A model generated the notes under the pieces. The model was not told where the DNA came from. It searched no databases and saw only the letters and a list, made by a program, of their open reading frames with translations. DNA of 64,000 nucleotides from assembly GCA_964016885.1 (NCBI GenBank), contig OZ024740.1, positions 357,058,001 to 357,122,000 on the forward strand, read 5' to 3'. Of the stretch, positions 1-12,900 are shown piece after piece (position 1 is the stretch's first letter; each line of letters opens with the position of its first letter). The position numbers and the translations under genes are program-made. The stretch is from Eledone cirrhosa (lineage: Eukaryota).

Positions 1-76
1 TACATACATACATACATACATACATACATACATACATACATACATACATACATACATACATACATACATACATACA
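1..76. repeat. (TACA)n microsatellite
   Basis: Direct reading. Confidence 0.95.
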
Positions 77-414
77 TGATGGCTGCCCCCTCGTTATCGA
101 GTATGGCCATTGCACGAGGAGAAAAAAAATTAATAAATAAAAAAGAAAATACATACATACATACATACATCATCATCATATATACATACACATCATAACC
201 CTAACTTAGGGTGTATGAAGTTAAAGCAGTGATCTTTTTTAATTTATCACCGTGTAACCCGGTCTTGCACACGACGGAAGTCGAATTGTGTCATGTGACT
301 CAAACAAATCCTCAAATAAATCTTCGCTAAGCAGTGCCACGTTTTGAAGAGTGTTATGCATTTCGAAATTCCGAGTGGAATGTACTATATATATTCTTTG
401 TACAGTTGACCAAA

Positions 415-537
415 ATGAAAACTATCTGCAAATTTATCCAGCGTCAAACATACACCATCCTCTCTTATAAATATGGAACAACATTGCTGTGTTTCGGTAT
501 CATCTTTGTTGTCATATCTGCTTTCCATTTCGGAGAA
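415..537 (+). CDS. GNPTAB: GNPTAB coding exon 1
   Basis: [21 protein letters not shown]...SAFHFGE, then gtaagt donor. Confidence 0.93.
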
Positions 538-2188
538 GTAAGTTGTTTAACATTATTTATAGTTACATTAATTTGTAAATATTATACTTGAATTAATAGC
601 AGCATCATTTCGCCTGGGTGGGCAACGAACGAAATCTGCACTCGTCCTTTTACATTAAGTGGTATATTTTATTAAAAACGTTTATATGGAACGTTACTCT
701 CGTCAAACTGCTGATTATTCAATTGTCTAGAAGATGGGTGTGTATGTTGACTCTCAGCGCCGGTTAGAGGTTGGATGTCAGGCGTAGTATTTACCATTGG
801 TCAGTCACGATTTAAAAACAAAAATACTGAATTACTGAAAACGCAATTCTTTATTCTTAGTGATAGTTATAATTGTGTATAAGTACATATAACAGCGAGT
901 TGTTTAATATACAAATCAATGAAAACGGGTTGCCGCATTTAGTGTGGTTTTCTGACACTTCATGATGTAGTAACATTTTGACTTTGTTTTGCAGGATTTT
1001 TAATGAGAAATCGTGTGTAAATTTAAGATACTGTAATATCTTTTCTTTTATTATAAAACTGGCCTGTCTCGGCTATCCACGCCGGTGGTTGTTCGGAGAC
1101 AGGCCCATGATTACTGTTGTGTGTACTAATATACACAAAAAGCTGATGATTGTGCCTGGGAGTCGCTCACACACACACACGTGTGTGTGAATGTGTTTTG
1201 ACAATGCATCTCATTTCGGACATATTTCCTTAATTATTCAATAGTCTAATTACCTTTCCATTTATTTTAAACATATCTCTCGAGTTTTATTTATTCGACA
1301 AATTTCAATTCCATTATATAATGTTTGCAATAACAAAAAGAAAAAGAAAGAGGGAAAAAAATTAAATAACGAAAGTAAGTAAAAGGTTTAGGGGAAGGAA
1401 GGGAGAAAGGCAATGTTTAAATAAAAGAAGAGGGGAAAAACTGTGGAAACTTAACAAGGAATACCAAACAGTACTAAAGAACAAAAACATATAGTTTAAC
1501 ACAGTGAAGAGGGGAACTTCGCAGTCAGCGGCCCGACTCCCCTAAACGTCTCGAAAGCCACAGGCTGAAAAAGGTAGCAGGCCGACAGATCAGAGGATTT
1601 GAGGGTTTACTCCGCTCGGCTGCGGAAGCTGTGGCTCTCGTCCTAACCGCAACATCCAGGGTGTGGGAGAGAACAAAAGAATCACTAACAGAGACGTTCC
1701 ATTCTATGATTCATTTATACATGCATATATTTATAGATACCCGTATATATATCTATATATATATATGTGTGTGTACCTGTATATATGTATGTGTATATAT
1801 GTGTGTGCGTATATATGTGTGTGCGTATATATGTGTGTATGCATATGTATTTGGGTGTGTGTATGTATATATATGTGTGTGTGCATATATGTATGTGATT
1901 TTATGTGTATATGTGCATAATTGCATGCGTGTATGTATATATTTGTGTGCATGTATATATGAATGTGCGTATGTATATTTCTTGCCCTAGCACAGCTGAT
2001 ACATAAATGTAAGTATGCATATGTATATGTGTGTGTGTACGTATGCATACTTACATTTATGTATCAGCTGTGCTAGGGCAAGAAATATACATATACATAC
2101 GCACATTCATATATACATGCACACACAAATATATACATACACGCATGCAATTATGCACATATACACATATAAAATCACATACATATAT

Positions 2189-2245
<57 letters not shown>

Positions 2246-2344
2246 AATGTTGGATATAACCCATATGTGTGTGTGTGTGTGTACGTATGCATACTTACAT
2301 TTATGTATGTATCAGCTGTGCTAGGGCAAGAAATAAAATTCTAA

Positions 2345-2398
<54 letters not shown>

Positions 2399-5300
2399 GC
2401 TGGGTATTGATTAAAATTAGTTTTGTAATGGTGTTGTTGCCGGATAGTTTCGTTCATTTGTAGTGGTAGTGATGAAGTGCGAAGTTGATAAGTGAGTAGT
2501 ATGCTGGTCGAGTAAGTGAAGTGTGTCTGAGTGAGTCGAGAGATGTTTTGCTATGTTCAAAGAAACTAGTAGTAGTACTCGCTTGTGATATGAAGTGATA
2601 TTACAAATAATAATAATGAAATTGTGTACAGTGCTCAGGTGCACTACAACTCATCAAAGGTGCATGTATAGTACAGAGAATAATGTACAAATGTCAGGAA
2701 AATGAACAGTGTACGAGTCATGATATAATAATAATAATAATAATGAAATATTGTGTACAGTGCTCAGGTGCACCACAACTCATCAAAAAGTGCATGTACA
2801 GTACATAGGGCAATGCACAAACATCAGTAAAATGAACAGTGCACGAGTCATGATACACACGTGTGCATGTGTATGGAAGGGGTACATCAGGTGTAGCCTT
2901 GGCATATTTCGGGAAGCATGAGTGTCTTAAAGGATGCAGTGTCTCGGCAGCTAACAACTGACGCAGGCAGTTTGTTCCATGCTTCAGCAACTCTGAGTGT
3001 GAAAAAATGTCTACGAAAGTCATGGGAGCTGTGCTGTTTTCTGATCTTGTAGGCATGTCCACGTGTGTTAGACACATGGAGATCAAAAAGGTGCTCAAGG
3101 TTGCAATTGGCGAGATGGTTAATAACTTTGTGGGTATTCACCAAGTCCATTGCCAGACGTCGGAGCTTCAATGAATCCATGCCCAGGGAAGCAAGGCGTT
3201 CAGAGTATGGTAGGTGTCTGATGGAGGGTATGCGCTTGGCTGCACGTCTCTGAACAGTTTCCAGGAGGTCAATGTTCTGAGCAAGATAAGGGTTCCAGAC
3301 TGATGATGCGAATTCCAAGTGTGGTCGTACCATAGCTGTATACAGTTTTAAATAGATGGCTGGAGAGCGGCTAACAAAGGTCTTGCTGAGTGATGCCAAG
3401 ACACCCTCGGCCTTCTTGACAATCTTAGAGACATGCTTTGTCCAACGCAAATCGCTGCTGACAGTAATGCCCAGGTCACGTTCACAAGAGGACTTCTTGA
3501 TATCAGTGTTGTGGAGGGAGTATGTGGACGCTGGATTTTTTCCTTCCAAAATGCATGGTGGTACACTTGTCCACAGCCAGCTTCAGTTGCCAGTCTGTGA
3601 TCCATTGCTGCATTGTGTCCAGGTCTGATTGTAGGAAAGAGTTGTAAATTTCAGGATCAGTCCTTTTGATTTCAAGGTACAGCTTCATGTCATCTGCATA
3701 TTTCAGTACCGTGGCATTCTGTAAGTTGGCATCTATGTCATTAATATATGCCACAAACAAAAGGGGACCAAGAACAGATCCCTGTGGTACACCAGATGAC
3801 ATCTCATATGGTGAAGAATGCTGTCCTAGAACCATGACTACTTCTTTTCGGCTGAGAATGAAGGATTTCACCCAGTTGAAAAGATCATCCCTCACACCCA
3901 TTGCAGAGAGTTTTGCTATAAGTCTTTTGTGTGGCACAGAATTAAAAGCCTTAGCAAAGTCAATGTAAACAACATCCACCCATGAGCCGCTGTCAGTGAT
4001 CCGGGTGATGTCTTCAAGGAACTCGATAAGCTGATCACAGCAGCTGGAGTTAGGGATAAATCCAAACTGTGAGGGCCGGATGAGGCTGTGAGAGCTCCAG
4101 AAGTTCCAAAGTGTTTCTCTGACACAGGATTCCATCAGTTTGGCCATACAGCTAGTAAGACTGACTGGACGATAGTTGACAGGTGACATGCGGTTGCCCT
4201 TTTTGAACAGGGGAATGACACTGGCAGTTTTCCACTGCTCCGGAGTAGCACCATTGTTGAGACAGTATTGAAAGAAGAAAGAAAGCTGGCGCAAAAGGAA
4301 ATACCCGCCACGTTTGAGAAGCAGGTATGTCACACCATCAAGACCAGGGAAGGCATAGTTGCGCTTATTCTTAAGGTGACGTCGCAACATTGCAGGTGTA
4401 AATTCCATAGTTGTTATGGAATTTGATGTTAGAGATGGTGGAGATTGTACATTCTGGTTTTCAATAGTAAAAATACTTGCATAGCACTCAGCAATGAGTT
4501 CTGCATTCTTTGGGATCGTCAGTGACCTGGCTTGTGTGGGGATTGCGAAGAGGACCAACTGGAGAGTGGGGTCTCTGCTTTGAATGAACATATTTCCAGA
4601 ACACCTTACTGTGAGGATTGGTTGCTATGCACTGTTCAAATTCAAGCACTGCCTTCTTTGTCACTTGCTTGAGATGGTTAGAAGATTTATTCCGCTTTTT
4701 TCTGTTGGCATCTGATTTATGCAGTTTATATTCATAGCGAAGATGATTTTCCTAAATCACAGAGATAAGAATCAACAAATGAAGAAGACTGCTAATTTTA
4801 ATGTTTTTATTTGTAACACATGATTTGCCTGTTTGTTGATGAATGTTGGTAGCAAGCTCAATCAGTGCCGATACCAGCATGGCTGGCTAGCATGCGTATG
4901 TGGCTACATTTTGAAGCTGACCAAACAAGCTGTCTGTTAGAGTTGAAAAGCAGACTGTATTTTAGGGTTGATATCTTTTGTGTATATAAGGATTAGGGTT
5001 GCCCAGAAGCATTAAACAGAAGACTTCTAGAACTGCCCTCTTTTTGAACAATCTGGTGCCCTGAGCCTTCTACAAGATCGGGGTTGATAAAATAAAGTAC
5101 CAGTAATGTACTGGGTAATTACTGGCCTTGTGCCAAAAGTAGAAACAATTGTTTAAGTTTGTAGCTCTGTGGTCATAGGTTAGTCTTTTGGTGGTTGTAT
5201 GACACAGGATCGAGATCTCTGGTGTTATGAAGTAATGCAGAAGACTCGCCTTCCCATGTGCACAGGTTGAAACATGCATCTTGTATGCACTACTTTCCCC

Positions 5301-8300
5301 CTCACCCTTCCATACACCTCCCACGCCCAAACAACTTTCCCTTGTCCCTGTCCCTCCCACTCTTGCACCTCCCATGTCCTAACACTCCACCTATACTTGA
5401 ACACCCTGCCATCTCACCTCACATCCCTAGATCTACCTCCCCAATTCCCTCCAAGTCCCCAGCCCACACTGTAAAGTAGCTGGGATGATGACACAGTGCC
5501 TAGCTCACTGTAAAGTGGTCATGTAGGTGTCACAACAAAAAGCGTCCAGTCCACACTGTAAAGTGGTCATATAGGTGACACGATAAAAAACACCCAGCCC
5601 ACACTGTAAAGTGGTTGTGTAGGTGACACAACTAGTGGTTGGTTGTTCTGTCTGTGTGTGTCTGGTTTGTTTTATTAGTTTGCTTCTTGTGTATCTCTGT
5701 ATGTATTTATCTTGTCCTTAGTTACTAGTTGTGATGTTGCTCTTCCACTCATGTTTTCTGCTTAGTTTTAGTTGGAGTTTGTTTATATTTGTCGTTTCTG
5801 TAATCTGTCGGAGCATTGCGTCTATTCTGTGTCAATATTTTTATCTCTATGTTCTCTACTGTGCCCCCATATTCTATTCTGGCATGTTGGTGTAGTTCTG
5901 ATGAGTTTTTCCCAATGTTCATTCATCTTTTCTCCCATCCTATGGGCTGTCTCTCCATACATCTATACTGTAAACTACGTTCCTAGTTTCGCATCTAATT
6001 TGTGGGCTTAATTTGCAGACTATACATTTTCTATCAGTGCAGGGGGTTTTCTCAAATGAATATGTTCTACTAATTAGGGCTTTAATGGGAATTCTGGATT
6101 TTCAACTGTCTTAATATTTAATTTTAATTTGTCTAGAGCCCTTCTAAATCTGTAAGCTACTTCACCTCTGGGAGCTGCATTGACGAACATTACAATGGTA
6201 TTTGCTGCTGTCATACCATGAGTTGATCTTATTAGTCTTCTTCTTAGTTCTCTCTATCCTATTCCAAAATTTGCTCTTATACATGGAGCAAGTCCCATTT
6301 GCATCATTTTCTTCATCCATTTGGCCCAGGCTCCTTCATACACCCTGATCTTGTCTCTGATTGTAACCAAAGAACTACGTGCGGTGGATGAAGTGATGTA
6401 TGTGTCTCTCTAATTCTTTTGGATTATACATGCGGGACTCATTCTTCATCACTCTTACTAAGTTTGCAATTAGTATGTCTACTTTCATGTTATCCGAAAT
6501 GACTGAGTTTTGGTAGATCAGGTACTTGGAGGCTATGGGTTTGGTATCATGTGAATGGAAGATTTGTGTGTTATTACCAACTAGCAGCAGTACCCAGCGT
6601 TGCCTGGGTAGGTAAAATAATATCTGCTTTGATGAAAAGGTGTTGATCTTAGTGACTGCTTCTCGATGACTCATCTATGGCCACAAACAGGCCATGTGGG
6701 GGAGGGTGGTGATGACCTTTATCACAGAGAAACGCGGGTGACTGACGAAGGGGCATGCTGGGGGAGGGAGGTAATGACCTCTAACACTAAGCCAAATTTC
6801 CTCACGCTACTTGATTGGAAACCGATGAATTCTCAAATACACAACTAAAAGCTCAGATGACGTCAGTGGCCATCGTTTTGCCTTTGACCATCTATAAGAT
6901 GTGCAATGATAGGTTCTATTGTAGTATAAAAGTTGAACCAAATAAATTGATTTATGTGTGAGGTCGAGCCGAAGTTTCGAATTTGAATGAAATCGGTTGA
7001 AAAATGTGGGAGCTAGAGACGAAAAGGTGGTATTTTCGAATATTTAAGCGGATGCCACGCTGTTCCTGAACAAAAAATCCAAAATGTAAAGCCACATTAA
7101 GACGTGAAATAATCAGATCTAGCGTAGTGTAAAATTTGAACAAAGTAGGTTCATTAATGTGGGAGCTAGAGCCGAAAAAGTGGAAATTTGAGTCTAAAAG
7201 TGGTATTTTTGAATATTTAAGCAGCTGCCACGCCGTCCCTGAACAACAAAATATAACAGCAAAATATAAAGCCATTACAAGATGTGCAATGATAAATTCT
7301 ATTTTGCTTTAAAATTTGAACGAAATCGGTGGCAAAATGTGGGAGCTAGAGCCAAAAATCTTATTTTTCGATACCTAAAAAAAGGTGACCCCTCCCCCCC
7401 CCCCCCCCCTTATCGATTTTTATCTGCAGAATGACCCCGAAATAAAAAAAAATATACGCTGATATATAGAAAACACTCCCCGATGACTAATCTATGAGCC
7501 TGTAAAGTTTCATGAAAATCGGTCATAAGATGTAGGCCCCTATAGGTAATACACAGACACACAGACATACTTAATTTTATATACATACAGATGGTTTCTA
7601 ACCAGAATTCTGTGTCTAAACCATAGATTACCTATGCTAGGCATATATTAAAAGCTACAAATGTTCAACCCTATCAATCTCACCAGTTTAGAATATCCTG
7701 CAAAATTTCATGACCACTGCTCTTTTCTTATGTGAATACCTCAGCTGCACCACAATTCCACTGGTCATTTTTCACTGAAACTTTAGCTTTTTAGTTAAAC
7801 CATTGATTCTTGTTAGTGTGTTGTATCCTTGAACAAAACACTTTATTTTATATTGCTTCAGTTCACTCAGCTGGTTGGTAAAAAAATGAGTTGCACCTGC
7901 AATTCAAAGAGCCAACCTCATCGCTCACTGTAACATGCAGAATCTCAATGAGAATCATATTAAGAGTACACAGGTCTGGAATGTTCAGCCAATTGCACAT
8001 TAGTTTTACAAGCAGACTTTGATCAAATGGAACATTAATCCTCAAAACAAGTGGATGTCCATCATATGTTTATTGTTTAACCCTTTTGCATTTAAACCGG
8101 CCATATCTGGCTAGAAACCTCTCACCTCTTTCTGTTAAAATTGGCCATAACTGTGTGCTCATACTTATGTTAAGGTATTGTTCTCAAAATAGATAACATC
8201 AAAATCTTGTAAATTAGATATTATGTAAGATAATTTTGTGAAATAAAGTGTTTACCATGAAAATATAATAGTAAATATAGAGTAATGTAAATTCTAAAGG

Positions 8301-9885
8301 GTTAATGACAGATATTTTAACTTTGTATATATTAGGTATGTGTTTGCTCTTATTATTGACCTTTTAAAATTTTCTCAGTCACCCCTGTTAATCTTAGTTT
8401 TGCTGAACTTAAGTTTGAAACTGTTCAATAATATATAATAGCAGATATCTTTTTTGTGTTTTTAACTGCTATTTACATAGCTTTGAGCTTAATTGCTGTG
8501 TACACACACATATATACATACGTACATGTGTGTGTGTGTGTGTTAAAACAAGATTGGTTGACTTACAAAGTATTAAGAAATTAAATATTTGAAAATGTAA
8601 TCAACACTATGCAGATAAGTATAATAATAGTTGATAACTATAAATAACCTCTGGTGAAGGCAAAAAGTAGTGGAGAATTGAACGATGCCTATCTTGTATG
8701 CCAAACAAGAGTATTTAACTTTTACACCAAAGGTTCCTTTGCTACGAATTGTAGTTTTATTAGCAAATTTAAGAGTGTAGCTAGAAGTATGATATAACTG
8801 GAATATAACATCAAACTAATGCTTTACATTTTCAGTTTCTCAGAGCTTAATCCTTTTAGTCAGTATTGCATAATGTATTGTATCTGGCTCCAAAGTTTTA
8901 ATTTCTTGTTGAACATTATTTTCCAGTTTCTTGAGTGTTTGGAGCTTGTTTACCTAAATTCTTTCTTTAACCCTTTTGATACCAACTCAACCAAAACTGG
9001 TTATATGAAACAAAACTACCCATTTTAAAAGGTCCCTATTTAAATTAAAATCCTCCAACCTAATTTTATGTAAAAACCTTTTGCTGCAAATACTGCTTTA
9101 ATAATAAAATGAATAATAGTTTTAGTAAATCCCTTCAAATTCTTCATTAATTAATCAAAATAGTGTGCATTTCATTAAAAATATATTCACAAAAGTTAAG
9201 ATAAATTTTTAAAAATTCATTGAAGTTTTAAAATGAAAAGTGACTTTTGTGCTTCCCTGTATAAACATAACTGTTTCTACTTTTGGCACAAGGCCAGCAA
9301 TTACCCAGTGCATTACTGGTACTTTATTTTATGGACCCCATAAGGATGAAAGGCAAAGTTAACCTCGGCGGGATTTGAACTCAGAATGGCAAGCGCCGTA
9401 AATCTATACGTCAAAGCATGACGTCCGACCCTCTACCGATACTGCCAATCCACCGCTGTATAATCATAACATTACATATGTAGACTAAATGCCCTATGTT
9501 GCCCATATCTGTCTTGGAGCTATGTTGCTTCTACTTATTTGAATGGCAACATTGCACAAGCATCTCCAGGATGTTACATGCTTTCTGCATACCTTGATAC
9601 TAACAGCTACACTCTGTATTGTCAGTGAACTGTATCATATTAACTGGTATACAGGGCATATCAAAAAGAATCATTCGATTTCAAAAGGCTATATTTTTTA
9701 ATACATGTCTGAATATAAAGTTTTATTTACAATATTTACAATTGCTCAATATGCCCTCCTAGGGTTATAAAAATAGAATAAAACTTTATATTCAGACATG
9801 GATTGTACAAGTTACTGCATGATTATATGGTCATTTGTTTAAAAAATATAGCCTTTTACAATTGGATGACTCTTTTAGATACACC

Positions 9886-9917
<32 letters not shown>

Positions 9918-12900
9918 TTAACGTCCATATTCCACGCTTGCATGGGTTTGGACGGGAGTTTTCCCACTTGAGGCAAGATTGGTTGTCTTGCTCGTATAGG
10001 ACTGTCTGGCGGGTTTTCTACGGCTGGATGCCCTTCCTAACACCAACCACGTTTAGAGTGTGGACTGGGAGGTTTTTACCATGTTACCTACACAGCCACA
10101 TTACAGCGTGGACTGTGTGTTTTTTGTTGTGACACCTACACGACCTCATTTGTTTCGGGCTGGATGTTGTGGTACCAACATAACTTTACATTGAAAGGGG
10201 TGGTGTGGATGAGGTGGGGGTAGTGGGACGGGGGTGTATTTTGTTAGAGGTGCCTACTGACTGTAGGTTTCGCTTTGTACTTAGGCAAGGCGGGTCTTCT
10301 GTATTACTGTGAGGCGCCAAAGATCTCGGTCCAGTGACATTGTCTTGGAGAGATGTAAGTGTGTAAGGTCGGAATTTATCAAGTCGTCCCAGGTTTTTCT
10401 GGGTCTGCCTACTCTGTGGCTACTGTCTATTTTTATCGCCCTGCACTTTTTTATACAGCTGTCGTCTTTCATGCGCATCACGTGACCATACCAACGTAGT
10501 CTTCTCTTGAGTAAACAACATCTGATTCCTCTTATTCCTAATTTCTCCCTTAGTTCGTTTATGCTTTGCCGTTCACGTATATTACTATTACACATCCAAC
10601 GGAGCATGCAAGCTTCGTTCCTCTCCAGTCTGCGTATATCCTCTGCACACAATGCCCAAGTCTCACTGCCATGTAACATTGCTGTTCGTATGCAGGCATC
10701 ATACAGCCTGCCTTTCATTTTTAGGGAGAACCCTTTAGCGGCTAATAGTGGTATAAGCTCTCTGAACTTTTTCCATCCCGTTCTGACTCTAGCTACTGTA
10801 CTTTCAGAGCACCCTCCACCACTGCTGATTTTGTCACCCAGGTAACGGAAGGTGTCCACTATTTCTATAGAACCATCTGTGCACCGGCCACATATAAAAT
10901 CTATATTCTTAGTTAGCTTACCTGTGATCCCACTACATCTTTTATGCTCCCATACTTTGCATTTGGGACATAAAATGGAGTTTCTGCCTACTCCTTTCCT
11001 ACACACTGAGCATGGCCATTTCCCAGATGGGACCAGTGCCCTATTTTCCTTCCTACAAACGCCTTGTATATTTGAATTAAAATCTTAGCCAAAATCTCAT
11101 TATCATCATCATCGTCATTTAACGTCTGTCTTCGCTACTAATAAATCATGGATGGGTCCTGCCAGATCAAGTCAATACTCAAGTGGTGCTACTGACCTCT
11201 TATCTCTTTTACATATTTTCTTGCACTCTACAAAGACGCAGATGGGCTGAGGGCCCATATTTTGCTTACATACATTTCTGGGCTTAACCAGGTGCATTTT
11301 ATCATGACGTCCACACTAGGGAGGTTATCATATCTTTGACACAGCTGAAGATTCCTCCCGACTCTTTATTTGGCAGATTTTCTCTGGCTGAATGCCCTCC
11401 CTGTCACTAACCACTTTACAGAGTGTACTGGGTGCATTTATTTTGTCGATCAACAACACTATGGTGGTTGTCATGTCTTTGATACAACTAAAGTGTCCTT
11501 TCAACCCTTTGTTTAGTATGCATTCTACAGCTGGATGCTCTTCTTATCACCAACCATCTTATATTATGTAATATTATATTAATGGTAATCACATTTTGGT
11601 TTTTAAATCAACCCCAGTGGGATTTGAAATGTAATGATAAAGTTAGTGCAAGTTGCGAACATAGGTTCTTAATGATGAGGTGATACTTAATGACGATAGA
11701 ATACCAAATAACTTTTTCTCTGGCTGGGGTTGAATTTAGTACTATAAAACAACAGATCACAAATCAATTTTAGACTGCTATCTCTGCTTACAATGATGAA
11801 CTATACCATCTTACACAGCAAGCTAACAACGAATCCTCAATGTGGTTACTCGACCTGCTAGAAATAACAGCTAAATTACCTTGAAATCACTCTCTCTCTC
11901 ATTTTAGAAAACCATATGCTAGGTAATATGGTCATGGGTTCCCTGCAAATAGAATAGGATGGTCACAGTTGGAGTGCCTTTATTCATAGATCTGCTTAAT
12001 AACAACTACTACTATAGATCTGCTTAATAACAACTATTACCCTACATACACCACCACCAGGAGCCTCTATGTGATCACTTGATCTGCTAGAAAAAGCAGC
12101 CAATCGCCCTCAAATTATACCCACCACTAGTGTCATTCTTAGTTTCTTGTACAATGGGATGATCATGGCTGCTGGCCTGGAACTAAACAACAATAATGAT
12201 TTCTGATTTAGACTCAAAGCCAGCAATATTGAGAGTAGAGGTAAAATCAATTAAATCAACCCCATTGCATTACTGGTGTTCTGTTTTAAGCTCACCTCGT
12301 CGGGCTTTGAACTCAGAATGTAAAGGGCCATAACTATATGTTGCAAAGCAATAACTACTTAGAAATAGATTCAGCCTCTGAGAGATGTTTTGGCTATAGA
12401 CACCTTGTATCAGCTATTGCAAGTACAAAACTGTTGTCCTCTTAACTGAATATCCATCTATATAGCCAATATGTTCACTAAAATGATGATACTTGTTATA
12501 CTCATTCTTCTATTATCCACTAATTTTTGTGAGATGAAAAATGTGTTATTGAAATAGACTGAGGTAAGCAGAGTAATGTATGTACTTTGCCCAGAAGAGA
12601 ATTCAATTCCAGTTTCTTTTCTTTTTCAGACTGTCATGCAATGGAGCCAGAAGCAATATATCACTATGTTTAGCTCCTTCACAGATAATGTTGCTGGCCA
12701 TTCATTCAAACACAGGTGAGTATTACTGAAAATATTTTGTAAATAGCTTTCTATTTCATTTAGAAGGATGTACTCGAGTGTCATGCAGACTTTGAAACAG
12801 ATCTTTCTCAAAGAAGTCTGGATTTTGCACTTTTAAAAATATACATTTTTGTTGATTATATAGTATAGTATTTACTAATGTTCATAAATTGTTTTTAAAA

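Noticed and set aside
196-212. Telomere-like taaccctaac/ttaggg
   Set aside because: Only one to two units; not an array.
1631-2463. Multiple Cys/Val/Tyr/His-rich ORFs
   Set aside because: Translations of TA/CA microsatellites.
8648-8715. Hammerhead-like remnants here and at ~26380-26420 and ~31660-31700
   Set aside because: Core mutated or in the wrong order; too degenerate to call.
9803-10132. Recurrent small ORF '[13 protein letters not shown]' at many loci
   Set aside because: Antisense translation of the repeated RTE/SINE 3' tail, not a gene family.
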